From Patescibacteria group bacterium (lineage in GTDB: Bacteria > Patescibacteriota > Patescibacteriia > UBA1558 > GWA2-36-10), in contig JAHJQF010000001.1 of assembly GCA_018819405.1 (NCBI GenBank), positions 226,097 to 290,096 of the forward strand: DNA of 64,000 nucleotides, read 5' to 3'. Below are positions 35,719 through 45,607 of the stretch, piece by piece. A program made the translations under genes and the position numbers. The notes under the pieces were generated by a model. The model worked only from the letters and a program-made list of their open reading frames with translations, was not told the DNA's origin and did not search any database. Numbering within the stretch: position 1 is the first letter of the stretch; every line of letters begins with the position of its first letter.

Positions 35719-36164
35719 TATGCTCTTTTCTATAAAATAGGTGTTGTTTTTTGTTTGTTCAAGTTTTTTTATAAAAAAGCGGGGCGACAACGGTGTCGCC
35801 CCAGTGTAGACTGGGATTCTTTAGGTTCCCTTTTCCCGAGCTAGTCTACATAGCTGAATTGACCTGCGAGGTCAACTCTTGTTGTTAACCCCTTAAAGGG
35901 GTGGCTCGAGTCTTCTCAAAGCAGGGTGAACAACAACGAAAGCCCTGTTGCCGGAAGGCTGAGATACCCGCTTGGATCTGCCTTGTTTGCCGACTATCTC
36001 GCATTTACACGAGAAGAGAAGCACCCCTACGGAAGACGGGATTTAGGTGGCCATATCACACATGAGTTTTTTCATTCGTACCCCCTTTCATTAGCTGCAT
36101 GGCCTTTTTTAGTTTATTATTTATTTGTGTGGACGTCAACTTATAATTTTGCTAAGATAACTTC

Positions 36165-37430
36165 ATGCAAAAAATAATTGATTTTCATATACATTCCAAA
36201 TATGCTAGGGCTACTTCCAAGACTTTTGATCTGGAGGAGATGGTCAAATGGTCAGAAATAAAAGGCGTAGATATTATATCTTGCGCTGATTTTACTCATC
36301 CTCAATGGTTTAAAAATTTGCAAAACAATCTAGAGGAGGATAATAATAGTGGGTTATATAAATTAAAGAATTCAACCTCGAAGGTTAGGTTTATAATATC
36401 TACTGAAGTTTCATGTATATATAGCCAAGGTGGCAAAACTAGGCGGGTTCATCTCTGTATTTTGATGCCTAGCTTGGCCTCAGCCAAAAAATTTAATAAA
36501 TCTTTGGCAGACAGAGGTGCAAAATTGGCTTCTGATGGTCGGCCAATACTGGGCATGAGCGCCAAAGAGATTTTGCAGATAATGTTGGATACAGATAAAA
36601 GAGCGATGATGATACCGGCTCACGTTTGGACTCCTTGGTTTGCGGTCTTTGGTTCTAAAAGTGGTTTTGATAATTTGAAGGAATGTTTTGAAGAATTAAC
36701 ACCGCACATTAGAGCTATTGAAACAGGCCTGTCATCAGATCCGATTATGAATTGGCGTTTATCGGAGCTTGATAATATAACTTTAGTTTCCAACTCGGAT
36801 GCTCATAGCGGACCGCAAATTGGGCGTGAAGCTAATGTCATGAATCTCACATATAATACTTATGATGAAATAATAGACATCATTGCTACTAAAGACAAAA
36901 AAAGATTTCTCTATACTATAGAATTTTTCCCAGAAGAGGGTATGTATCATTATGATGGGCATCGTGAGTGTGGTTTTGTTTCTTCGCCTGAGGCAACAAA
37001 AAAATTAAAAGGTATTTGTCCAAAGTGTAAAAAATCTTTGACTATCGGTGTAGTCAGTCAGATTGAAGATTTGTCAGATATAGCAAAGGACAAAATAAAT
37101 AAATCAAAACATATACCTTATAAAAGTATTGTGCCATTACCAAGTCTTATAGCAGATTATTTTGGTATGGGTAGATCCAGTAAAAGGGTGCAAAATTTAT
37201 TTTTAGATATTATTGGTCAGGCCGGCAATGAATTTAAAGTTTTACTTGATTTGGATTTTAGTGAGTTAAAAAAAATAATGCCGGAAAATTTGGCGCAAGG
37301 TATAATCAGAATGCGACAAAACAAAATAAAACTTAATCCAGGATTTGATGGGCAGTATGGCACTATAGAAGTTTTTTCTGAAGAAGAAAAACAGTCAGCT
37401 AAAAATAATAAACAGACGGCGCTATTTTGA
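36165..37430 (+). CDS. Endonuclease Q family (PHP domain plus Zn ribbon)
   Basis: DFHIHSKYARATS, PAHVWTPW, ETGLSSD, SNSDAHS, YHYDGHREC, CPKC. Confidence 0.9.
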   Translation: MQKIIDFHIHSKYARATSKTFDLEEMVKWSEIKGVDIISCADFTHPQWFKNLQNNLEEDNNSGLYKLKNSTSKVRFIISTEVSCIYSQGGKTRRVHLCILMPSLASAKKFNKSLADRGAKLASDGRPILGMSAKEILQIMLDTDKRAMMIPAHVWTPWFAVFGSKSGFDNLKECFEELTPHIRAIETGLSSDPIMNWRLSELDNITLVSNSDAHSGPQIGREANVMNLTYNTYDEIIDIIATKDKKRFLYTIEFFPEEGMYHYDGHRECGFVSSPEATKKLKGICPKCKKSLTIGVVSQIEDLSDIAKDKINKSKHIPYKSIVPLPSLIADYFGMGRSSKRVQNLFLDIIGQAGNEFKVLLDLDFSELKKIMPENLAQGIIRMRQNKIKLNPGFDGQYGTIEVFSEEEKQSAKNNKQTALF

Positions 37431-37559
37431 TTGTCATTGCGAGGAGAAGCAATCTAAAATGTTTTAGATTTCCGTGCTTTGCTCGTAATGAATAGTAATA
37501 CAAAAACCCCCATACTCCACTGGATGTAAAGGGGTTTTCATTTTTGTTTTATGGAAAAA

Positions 37560-37745
37560 CTATTTTTTTCTTCTAGCAGTTTTTCTCTTTTTAGTAGTCT
37601 TTTTGGCTACTTTTTTCTTAGTAGTTTTCTTAGCTACTCTCTTTTTAGTAGTCTTTTTGGCTACTTTTTTCTTAGTAGTTTTCTTAGCTACTCTCTTTTT
37701 AGTAGTCTTTTTGGCTACTTTTTTCTTAGTAGTTTTCTTTTTCAC
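37560..37745 (-). CDS. Histone H1-like Lys-rich repeat protein
   Basis: Five KK(K/R)VAKKTT repeats; AAGGAGGTG SD; GTG start. Confidence 0.75.
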   Translation of the reverse strand: MKKKTTKKKVAKKTTKKRVAKKTTKKKVAKKTTKKRVAKKTTKKKVAKKTTKKRKTARRKK

Positions 37746-37802
37746 TTTACTTCACCTCCTTTCTTTTTTTATATTTTTGTTTTAACGACTTTTATTTTGA
37801 TT

Positions 37803-38066
37803 TTATGTATCTAACTGAGCGCCAAAAATAGCGGTGGCTACCCAACGGACAAATATGCCAGTTAGATCTGTGGCCCACATAAAGCCTGTGATAATGATTA
37901 TTGCTCCAATAATTTTGTAGAACAATCGTGATCCTCCTTCGGTGCCCAAGTGTTGTTCTGCCCAGCCAATTCTTCCAAAATTTATCATCAACCAATTAGA
38001 TTGCCAGACAATTATAAATCCTACAACAGCAATCAATAATCCTAAAATAAAATTTCCAAATGTCAT
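37803..38066 (-). CDS. Small membrane protein
   Basis: Two TM segments around FGRIGWAEQHLG..GG. Confidence 0.7.
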   Translation of the reverse strand: MTFGNFILGLLIAVVGFIIVWQSNWLMINFGRIGWAEQHLGTEGGSRLFYKIIGAIIIITGFMWATDLTGIFVRWVATAIFGAQLDT

Positions 38067-38259
38067 AAATAACTTTTTAAATTTTTTACATCTTTTATTA
38101 TACCACATTTTTAAAAAACTGAGAATAGTTTTTACACAATTTTTTATTTTTTTTAATTAATCGAATTTTTTAAAAATAAAAAAGAGGCCAGCGGAAAAAT
38201 TTTACGCCAGCCAAGGTAAAAGATGCAAGCACCTAGAATTGTCAATGTGACATTTATGT

Positions 38260-38991
38260 TTAAAATAATATTATTTTTAAAGCCATCAACACTACGGCAG
38301 TTATAAATATTCTTTTTACCCAAAGATTACCAGCTTTTATGCCTAAATCAGCTCCTACCCAACCACCTAGTAAGCTAGCGATTAGAACAGCTATGGCAAT
38401 CGGCCAATTGATTAAATTGGCAAAGATAAGCATTACGACCGAAACACTAGCAATGATGGTACCTAAAAATTTTCTAGTACCAGCTGTTTGTAGCATTGTT
38501 AGACCAAAAAATAAAAAAAGATAAGTAAACCATAAACCAGAAGAAGCAAATACACCGCCCATAAAACTAGCCACTACTGTTAATAAAATTCCAATTCTTT
38601 TCCTAGTTTTAGATATTTCAAATTCTTTTAGACCGATATTTTTTTTATAAAATACAAAAGGCAGAGATAAGATTATTACTAGACCTATTATTTTTTGGTA
38701 TAAATTTTGATCAATATTTATTACTACGATGGTTCCTAAAATTGTACCTATCAAGGTAGGTATAATTAGCAATTTTCCTAAAGACCATTTTACTTGTTTA
38801 TCTTGATGAAATCTTATTATAGATAATACATTTCCTGTGGCACCAAATCTATTGGTGGCGATAGCTACAGAGGGTGTCAAACCTAGAGATATCAAAGTAG
38901 GTATTAAAATAAGACCAGCGCCGCCTGTAGTAGCGCTGATTATTCTCACAAAAAAAGTTATCGTAAAGGCTATAATTATTTCACTGGACAT
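38260..38991 (-). CDS. TSUP (TauE/SafE) family transporter
   Basis: GGAGLILIP.L...G.....AIATN; multi-TM. Confidence 0.85.
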   Translation of the reverse strand: MSSEIIIAFTITFFVRIISATTGGAGLILIPTLISLGLTPSVAIATNRFGATGNVLSIIRFHQDKQVKWSLGKLLIIPTLIGTILGTIVVINIDQNLYQKIIGLVIILSLPFVFYKKNIGLKEFEISKTRKRIGILLTVVASFMGGVFASSGLWFTYLFLFFGLTMLQTAGTRKFLGTIIASVSVVMLIFANLINWPIAIAVLIASLLGGWVGADLGIKAGNLWVKRIFITAVVLMALKIILF

Positions 38992-39077
38992 AGCTTTATT
39001 ATAACAGAACAAAAAAGTTTCTGCACTAACAAAATTTTATAAACAAAAAAGCCTAAATTTTATTATAGGTTTTTTGA

Positions 39078-39154
39078 TGGTGGGTGGCAAAGGATTCGAA
39101 CCTATGACCCCTTCGGTGTAAACGAAGTGCTCTAACCAACTGAGCTAGCCACCC
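39078..39154 (-). tRNA. tRNA-Val(TAC)
   Basis: Anticodon loop TTTACAC, CCA. Confidence 0.95.
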
Positions 39155-39168
39155 GTATTTATAATTTA

Positions 39169-39226
39169 TCTAGCCAACTGCTTGCCCGTCCGAAGTCCGG
39201 AGGACGAAGGTGGGAGCTAAGCGCCC
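39169..39226 (-). pseudogene. tRNA 5' fragment interrupted by a 34-bp palindromic element
   Basis: GGGCGCTTAGCT[insert 39181-39214]CAGTTGGCTAGA. Confidence 0.65.
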
Positions 39227-39318
39227 TAAACTAATTGTATAATAGCATAATTGACTAATAGATTAATTGAATTGATGCAATTACCCTATTATACTATTAA
39301 TCTATTATTCTATCAGTA

Positions 39319-39395
39319 TGGTGGACCCAAGGAGAGTCGAACTCCTGACCTCCTGCGTGCAAAGCAGGCGCTCTAGCCAACTGAGCTATGGGCCC
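39319..39395 (-). tRNA. tRNA-Ala(TGC)
   Basis: Anticodon loop TTTGCAC, G3:U70, CCA. Confidence 0.95.
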
Positions 39396-39406
39396 GCGCT
39401 ATATGA

Positions 39407-39496
39407 TGGTGCGGGCGAGAGGATTTGAACCTCCACCCCGAAAAAGCCAGGACAAGGCCCTCAACCTTGCGTGTCTACCAATTCCACCACGCCCGC
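39407..39496 (-). tRNA. tRNA-Leu(GAG)
   Basis: Anticodon loop TTGAGGG, long variable arm, CCA. Confidence 0.93.
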
Positions 39497-39588
39497 TAAT
39501 TTATCAAAGACAACACAACTATTAAATCTGTAAATAACTACAGTAGCTTTATTTATAATTAAGTCTCGCCACGAGGCAGACTCGCTTA

Positions 39589-39981
39589 TTACAACTTATT
39601 TTCTTTGAGCCTTTTCTTTTGTGTCCTCAGATATCCCAATTTGGCACGTTTTACTCGGGCTTGTTTGATGGGTTCTATGTTGGTAATTAGTGGTGAATTT
39701 ACAGGAAATATTTTTTCTACACCAATTCCACCAGAAGCCTTGCGGACAGTAATAGTAGCTCCGAGTTCTTTATTGTGTTTTTTGGCTATTATAATGCCTT
39801 CAAAGACTTGAACTCTCTCTTTTTCTTCACCTTTGGCATTTTTTTCGCGGATAGTCTCGTGTACTTTGACAGTCATGCCAGGTTTGATTTCTAGAGATTC
39901 TTTGCTTTCTTTGACTTTATTTTCTGATTTTTTCCCCTCAGCCTTGTCTTTGCTCGGGGTCTTTGATTGTTCTTCGGCCAT
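39589..39981 (-). CDS. rplS: 50S ribosomal protein L19
   Basis: ERVQVFEG.IIA, TITVRK, GVEKIFP, VKRAKL.YLR. Confidence 0.96.
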   Translation of the reverse strand: MAEEQSKTPSKDKAEGKKSENKVKESKESLEIKPGMTVKVHETIREKNAKGEEKERVQVFEGIIIAKKHNKELGATITVRKASGGIGVEKIFPVNSPLITNIEPIKQARVKRAKLGYLRTQKKRLKENKL

Positions 39982-40207
39982 AAAATTTAATATATATTAC
40001 TTATTGAGCCCCATATCAAACCAAAATTATTTTAGTTAATATCCTTCTTTGTTTAAAGTTAGGGGGCGAAATCCTCCGGAGCCCATAAAAATAGCAATTT
40101 AGCTTAAAAAATATCGGCAAAGGAGGATAAAAAAAGTCATTATTGTTTAAATGACTAGTCTATTCTAGCTAAAAATACCTATTTTGTCAACCCTTGGGTT
40201 GATGGGT

Positions 40208-40813
40208 TCATTTAACTGTTTTATTGATAAAATCAGCTACTTTTTGGGCAGCTTGGTCAATAGATAATTTGGTGGTATCCAGTACAAAATCGTAGTTTTT
40301 CTCGTCAGTATAGTCTATTTTGTATACTTTTTTATATCTCTTAATATCCTGGGCTTTTCGATGTTTTTGTTTGGTTATCATCTCCTCTAGAGATTTTATA
40401 TGAGATTCGTTTTGTCTTTCTTTATGTTTATCATTTTTTAGCTGTTGCCAAACTCTTTTGGCAGTTTCATTGATGTCCGCTTTGATAAATAATTTTATAG
40501 ATTCAGGTAAAAATATAAATTGAGTTCGGCCTTCTACTATGACCATAGATTTTTTGGCTAGTTCCCTGGCTTTTTTCGATGCTCTCTTGTCCATTTCAAT
40601 ATCAGCTTTGGGGTGATTGATTACATATTCGTTTAGCTCTTCTAAAGTCATATTTTTTTCGGTGGCTATTTCACGCCAAAGACCGCCTACATAAACACGC
40701 TCAGCTTTGTATTTTTTGAGTAAATTTTTGGCGACAGTACTTTTGCCACTGCCCGGAGTGCCAGAGATGGTGATAATAGGGTTTACCCCGTTAGAAATTT
40801 TAGTAGTTCGCAT
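40208..40813 (-). CDS. cmk: Cytidylate kinase family protein
   Basis: ITISGTPGSGKST, VEGR, RYKKVY.ID, YDFVLDT. Confidence 0.85.
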   Translation of the reverse strand: MRTTKISNGVNPIITISGTPGSGKSTVAKNLLKKYKAERVYVGGLWREIATEKNMTLEELNEYVINHPKADIEMDKRASKKARELAKKSMVIVEGRTQFIFLPESIKLFIKADINETAKRVWQQLKNDKHKERQNESHIKSLEEMITKQKHRKAQDIKRYKKVYKIDYTDEKNYDFVLDTTKLSIDQAAQKVADFINKTVK

Positions 40814-40866
40814 AATAATATTTTTTCTTGTGGGACCCGTATAAAATTGTGAATTTCTAACGGGGT
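40785..40866. repeat. ACCCCGTTAGAAAT...ATTTCTAACGGGGT element overlapping cmk start
   Basis: Perfect 15-bp terminal inverted repeat; encodes ISNGV of the N-terminus. Confidence 0.75.
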
Positions 40867-40869
40867 GAA

Positions 40870-41775
40870 TTATTTTAACTTATTTAAAAATTGATCAAGT
40901 AGATGTGGCAGGGGAGATTTGTATTCATGCCAGTTACCTTCTAGGTCTTTGAATTTTAAAAAAGTACAATGAAGAAATATCCTCTGATCCAAAACTTTTT
41001 TCTTTTTTCGGATGTCTTTGGTTTGATACAATTTGTCACCGACTATAGAATGGCCGATGCTATAAAAATGAGCACGGATTTGATGCATGCGGCCGGTTTT
41101 TATCTGGACTTTTACCAGAGTATAATTTACAAATCTTTTTATAATTTGATATGTGGTTAGGGCTATCTTTCCAGCTTCTTTGCCGGACTGGACTTTCATA
41201 AGGCCGGTTTTTTTATCGCGCTCTAGGGGTTGATTGATTTCTCCTTGGTCATTTATAAGCTGGCCGTGAACTAAAGCAGTGTATTCTTTTCTGACTGTGC
41301 GATCGGCAAATTGTCTTTTTAGGCTATCAAAACTATCCTGAGTCAGAGGGATAACCATCAATCCGGATACTTCTCTATCTAGACGATGGACAATACTTGG
41401 CCTGTTTGGGTCTTCACCTATTTTTTGTGCCTGAGGAAATTTTTGCATGACCCAGTCAGCCATAGTGTTTATTTCTCCTTTGTCTGTGGGGTGGGAGAGC
41501 ATATTACTTGGTTTTTCCAAAACAATAAATTCATTATTTTCGTCAACTATTTTTGGCTCAGCCGGAAACTCTGCATTTTTTTCTTCTACTTCTTTGGGCT
41601 GATAAAATATTTTGTCTCCAGGTTTGAGCCAGTGATGGACAGTAGGAGCTTTGTCATTTACTAAAATTTGACCAGATAAAATGAGTTTCTTTATCTGGCT
41701 ACGAGTGATATCTAGTTTGTCTGGCAAATATTTGTCTAGACGTTGTTTGTCTTCTTCTTGATATATAAATTCCAT
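40870..41775 (-). CDS. RluA/RluD family pseudouridine synthase
   Basis: S4 domain, VHRLDREVSGL, TGRMHQIR.H, VGD.LY. Confidence 0.93.
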   Translation of the reverse strand: MEFIYQEEDKQRLDKYLPDKLDITRSQIKKLILSGQILVNDKAPTVHHWLKPGDKIFYQPKEVEEKNAEFPAEPKIVDENNEFIVLEKPSNMLSHPTDKGEINTMADWVMQKFPQAQKIGEDPNRPSIVHRLDREVSGLMVIPLTQDSFDSLKRQFADRTVRKEYTALVHGQLINDQGEINQPLERDKKTGLMKVQSGKEAGKIALTTYQIIKRFVNYTLVKVQIKTGRMHQIRAHFYSIGHSIVGDKLYQTKDIRKKKKVLDQRIFLHCTFLKFKDLEGNWHEYKSPLPHLLDQFLNKLK

Positions 41776-41871
41776 AGCTATAATTTAACAAAATTTTGAT
41801 TAAAAAGAAAGGGGCGGCGCGCAAGTTGCGAGCCGCCCTCGACACTTCCGTTGTAAGAAGGTGGGTGGCCA

Positions 41872-42090
41872 TTAGGCCAGCTGGAGAATCTGGGCTTCGA
41901 CGACGACGACGTCGCCCGGACCTTCGGAGAGCTGGATGCAGACCAGCTGTCCTTGGTCGTTTTCCCCCTTGGGGTGTGTTCCCCTGACCAGGAAGGGCCC
42001 GGTCAACCGCGGATGGCGGCTGATGAAACCTCTGGCAGCTTCGGCTGCCATGTTGATTTTGACCCGATGGCCAGCTTTGAATTTACTCAT
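41872..42090 (-). CDS. Hypothetical protein (GC-rich)
   Basis: GAGGAG SD before ATG 42090; downstream hairpin. Confidence 0.55.
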   Translation of the reverse strand: MSKFKAGHRVKINMAAEAARGFISRHPRLTGPFLVRGTHPKGENDQGQLVCIQLSEGPGDVVVVEAQILQLA

Positions 42091-42210
42091 GTTTTCTCCT
42101 CGCGGGTAAAGGGTGGACAGTTGGAGGGAATCAATGATATTAACAATATTAGCAAAATTTGTCAATAACGACAATATAAAAAAACAATCCCCAACAAGGG
42201 ATTATTTTAA

Positions 42211-42286
42211 TGGTGCCCCCACCAGGACTCGAACCTGGGACCGTTTGCTTAAGAGGCAACTGCTCTACCAACTGAGCTATAAGGGC
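42211..42286 (-). tRNA. tRNA-Lys(CTT)
   Basis: Anticodon loop CTCTTAA, CCA. Confidence 0.93.
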
Positions 42287-42543
42287 TTATTTATAATTAA
42301 ATTTTTAATAAACTTTCTTCCGCGTGCACTTTTTAATTCTCTTTCTCTACTAATAGCTTGCTTTCTTTCTGTAAAAAATTCTTTATGAACTAATAACCAT
42401 TGGCCTTTATTTTTTGCAGTAAAGGAGCTTGTTTTATTTGGCAATTTACCATTATGCCTATCCAATCTTTGTTTTAAATTTGCGGTTTGGCCAATGTATA
42501 TTTTGTTTTTATCCTTATTATATATTACGTAAGTAGTGAACAT
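42277..42543 (-). CDS. GIY-YIG nuclease family protein
   Basis: TYVIY...IYIGQT.NL..RL.RHN, A..RERELKS..GR. Confidence 0.9.
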   Translation of the reverse strand: MFTTYVIYNKDKNKIYIGQTANLKQRLDRHNGKLPNKTSSFTAKNKGQWLLVHKEFFTERKQAISRERELKSARGRKFIKNLIINKPL

Positions 42544-42557
42544 ATAATATCAAGCTT

Positions 42558-42608
42558 TTTGCTTAAGAGTCCGCCAGTTGGCGGATCTACCAACTGAGCT
42601 ATAAGGGC
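42558..42608 (-). pseudogene. Duplicated 5' half of tRNA-Lys carrying TCCGCCAGTTGGCGGA palindrome
   Basis: Direct repeat of 42244-42286 with GCAACTGC replaced by a 16-nt hairpin. Confidence 0.8.
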
Positions 42609-42655
42609 AAAAATATAATATGGCATGCCACGTGATGAGCGTAGCGAATTTTACG

Positions 42656-42731
42656 TGGCGCGGCTGGTAGGAGTCGAACCCACAACCCCTTGGTCCGAAG
42701 CCAAGTGCTCTATCCATTGAGCTACAGCCGC
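42656..42731 (-). tRNA. tRNA-Arg(TCG)
   Basis: Anticodon loop CTTCGGA, CCA. Confidence 0.93.
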
Positions 42732-42798
42732 CGACATTTTAAAAAGTAGCTTATTTAAGCTACTGCAGACAGTACAATAACATAATATTCAAAAAAAA

Positions 42799-43755
42799 TC
42801 AATACTTGTTAAAAGGATCAATATATACTTCTTTTACCTGTTTTTGGGCGGATTTTATCTTTTCCAAAGATATTTCTTCAATTGCCGGAGCTACTTGAGT
42901 GGCGATAGCTTCTAGTAGTATTTTATTGTTGTCACTAAAATCTCGACCGTTTTTTTTGTTTCCCAATATGATAAAACCACAGACTCTTTTTTTAATATGA
43001 ATTGGTGTGATAATAACCCGCTGGCATTTATAAATTGAGTTTTCTGATCCTTTGGGCCAGGTGTTGTGATAAAATATGGCAGTATCAGGTTCATTGATAA
43101 GTTGTTTTAATATGTTGTCAGAGTTTATATCAAAATATAAATCATTTTTTATATTTGTATAACCAATGTTTTTTCTAACATGGGCTTTGGTAATGTCAGG
43201 GGAGTAGGTGATAAATAATGCTTTGTCAGAAGGGATTACTCTCAGAATAATTTTTAAAAGATAGTCAGATATATTTTCTAAATTGTCATAGTCACCGATT
43301 ATCTTGCCGCTGGCAAATAAAGTAACCAACTTGTTGTTGGAATGATTAAGTTTATTTTTTAGATCAAGGGCGATGTTTTTATAAATTTTGGTAGCAATTT
43401 GTGGGGATTTTTTAATAATACTAGGCCAGCTTTGGGCTAGTAGCTCCATGGTTTCTAGCTCTTCACTGACTACTCTCAAGTTGTATTGATGGACGCCCTC
43501 TTTTTCAATAATAGTCATTTCACTCATTACATCGCCTTCTTTAAAAAGGGCGATTGTTTGGTGACCCTCTACTTCAGCTTGTAGAGCTACCAAGCCGCTG
43601 GTAATAATAAATATTTTATCTCTGATTTCGCCTTTTTTTAAAAGGATTGCATTTTCTTGGTATTTTTTGCTTACCAAAAAGTTATTGACCAAAGAAAGCT
43701 CATTTTTGTCTAAATCTTTAAAAAGAGGAGCGCTGGCTAAATCAAATTTGGCCAT
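42799..43755 (-). CDS. cNMP-binding plus GAF domain protein
   Basis: PLFKDL..KGE..FIITSG.V..GDVMSE; C-terminal GAF (PI....GFIIL..K...F...N..LL..IA.Q). Confidence 0.8.
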   Translation of the reverse strand: MAKFDLASAPLFKDLDKNELSLVNNFLVSKKYQENAILLKKGEIRDKIFIITSGLVALQAEVEGHQTIALFKEGDVMSEMTIIEKEGVHQYNLRVVSEELETMELLAQSWPSIIKKSPQIATKIYKNIALDLKNKLNHSNNKLVTLFASGKIIGDYDNLENISDYLLKIILRVIPSDKALFITYSPDITKAHVRKNIGYTNIKNDLYFDINSDNILKQLINEPDTAIFYHNTWPKGSENSIYKCQRVIITPIHIKKRVCGFIILGNKKNGRDFSDNNKILLEAIATQVAPAIEEISLEKIKSAQKQVKEVYIDPFNKY

Positions 43756-43756
43756 T

Positions 43757-44788
43757 TTAATTTATGTTATTTAGATAAGCTAAGGCGGTAGCTTCTTCTA
43801 TCAAATTTTGAGAAAGTATATCTTTTATATTTTGCTCCATAGAAAACATGCCCTCTTCCGCACTGGTTTGAATGACGCTTTTTATCTGCGGTATTTTGTT
43901 TTCGCGGATGATGTTGGCAACAGCCGGAGTATTGACCAATATTTCACGAGCAGCTACTCGACCACCACCTACGCGAGGCAATAGTTGTTGAGATATAATA
44001 CAGGATAAAGATATAGATAATTGAAGTCTGACCTGAGCTTGTTGATGAGGTGGAAAGACATCAATAATACGGTCAATAGTTTGGGCGGCATTGTGAGTGT
44101 GTAATGTGGCTAGCACCAAATGTCCGGTTTCAGCCAAAGTAATAGTAGCGCTCATTGTCTCTAGATCTCTGACCTCACCAACCATAATAACATTTGGGTC
44201 TTGTCTGAGGACATGGCGCAAGGCATCTTGGAAAGTAATCATATCATTGCCCAATTGTCTTTGTTTGATAATACTTTTTTTTGGTTTATGAATAAATTCA
44301 ATTGGGTCTTCCAAGGTAATTATGTTGGCAAAGCGAAGTTGATTTATTTTTTCTACCATAGCAGCTAGGGTAGTGGATTTACCACAACCAGTCGGACCAG
44401 TGACTAGTACTAAGCCGCTACTTTTTTCTATCATTTCGTTGACAATTGGCGGCATACCTAGATCTTCAAGCACTGGTATATCATTGGAAATGACACGAGC
44501 CACCAAACCGACGTTGTCTTTTTCCCAGTGCAGGTTGACACGATAGCGAGAGAATTTGGCAATTTCGTAAGAAATATCAAGTTCGCGCTCATCAATAAAT
44601 TTTTTCTTTTGTCTTTCTGTCAAAATAGAAAAAACCATAGCCTCGGCAGCGTCTCGAGTGATGTCTGCTTTTTCGGGGATCATTTTTAACTCCCCGTCAA
44701 TTCTGAGTATTGGCGGTTTGCCGACTATAATATGCAAATCAGAAGCTCCTTTTTGAGTGGCTATTTTAAATAGTTCGTTGATGTTCAT
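43757..44788 (-). CDS. pilT: Type IV pilus retraction ATPase
   Basis: ASDLH, TGPTGCGKSTT, TLEDPIE, LRQDPNVIMVGEVRD, AETGHLV, ANIIRE. Confidence 0.95.
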   Translation of the reverse strand: MNINELFKIATQKGASDLHIIVGKPPILRIDGELKMIPEKADITRDAAEAMVFSILTERQKKKFIDERELDISYEIAKFSRYRVNLHWEKDNVGLVARVISNDIPVLEDLGMPPIVNEMIEKSSGLVLVTGPTGCGKSTTLAAMVEKINQLRFANIITLEDPIEFIHKPKKSIIKQRQLGNDMITFQDALRHVLRQDPNVIMVGEVRDLETMSATITLAETGHLVLATLHTHNAAQTIDRIIDVFPPHQQAQVRLQLSISLSCIISQQLLPRVGGGRVAAREILVNTPAVANIIRENKIPQIKSVIQTSAEEGMFSMEQNIKDILSQNLIEEATALAYLNNIN

Positions 44789-45055
44789 CTCGTTAGAAAT
44801 TAATTTTAATTTATACTTATCTTGTTAGTGTAAGAGTATTCAAATTTTTAATGGGGCTTATTTTATCTTTTTAAATAATTTGCTTTTGTTTTGTTATGAT
44901 GATGAATTTCTAAATCCGTTGAAGCTAAGCTTCTAAACAGGTTTAACTGGGTTTATTATAGCACAAAATAAACCCCGCACCAATTTTAAAAATAAGATTG
45001 GTGCGGGGTAACAAAAGCGCCGAGCTAAGCTCGACACTTTTGTTAATATAATAAA

Positions 45056-45580
45056 TTATTGATTGTTTAGTAGTTTTTTATTTTTTGTCAGTTGTAGTGA
45101 AGCTTCATAAACTCCAAATAGTAATCCGCTATAGAGTAAATTGCTGGCTAGAGTGCTTTTGAAAAAAGGAATAGCCAGATTCAGACATAGTGCCAGGCCA
45201 GCCAGATCATGGCTATACCAAGAGCCAAAATACCAAACAGCCACATTGGTCATTAAGAAGAATAGTAAGGCTGAGGCTAGTGATCCGCTTAGTAAATTGA
45301 GGGTGTTTTTATATTTTTTTATAAATATGCCAATAAAGCCGGTCAGTAGCATAGAAAGATAGACAGAAGCCATAACACCTATTTCATAAAAACCAATAAA
45401 TATATCGGAGATAAATAAAGCAATTAACGGTAAAAATAAAAGTTTTTTGTCTCGACCGTATACACCGGCAAATAAAGCAGCGCTGGCCAGTGGTGAAAAA
45501 TTTGGTATATGCGGAATAAACCTAGCTCCTAAGGCTATTAAGCTGACTATGGCGATGAGAATAAAGTTTGATTTTGTCAT
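45056..45580 (-). CDS. DUF6580-like membrane protein (ECF S-component-like)
   Basis: RFIPHIPNFSP..ALF.G, SDIFIG, LFFLMTN.AVW, AIPFF. Confidence 0.7.
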   Translation of the reverse strand: MTKSNFILIAIVSLIALGARFIPHIPNFSPLASAALFAGVYGRDKKLLFLPLIALFISDIFIGFYEIGVMASVYLSMLLTGFIGIFIKKYKNTLNLLSGSLASALLFFLMTNVAVWYFGSWYSHDLAGLALCLNLAIPFFKSTLASNLLYSGLLFGVYEASLQLTKNKKLLNNQ

Positions 45581-45607
45581 ATTTCGGCTTTGCTCAATGT
45601 AATTTGT

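Noticed and set aside
37575-37735. Tandem DNA repeat as CRISPR or non-coding VNTR
   Set aside because: It is the coding repeat of the Lys-rich protein; plus-strand ORFs here are shadows.
39990-40135. Ribosomal-protein leader upstream of rplS
   Set aside because: Only short pairings (ATCCTCC/GGAGGAT); cannot be supported without comparative data.
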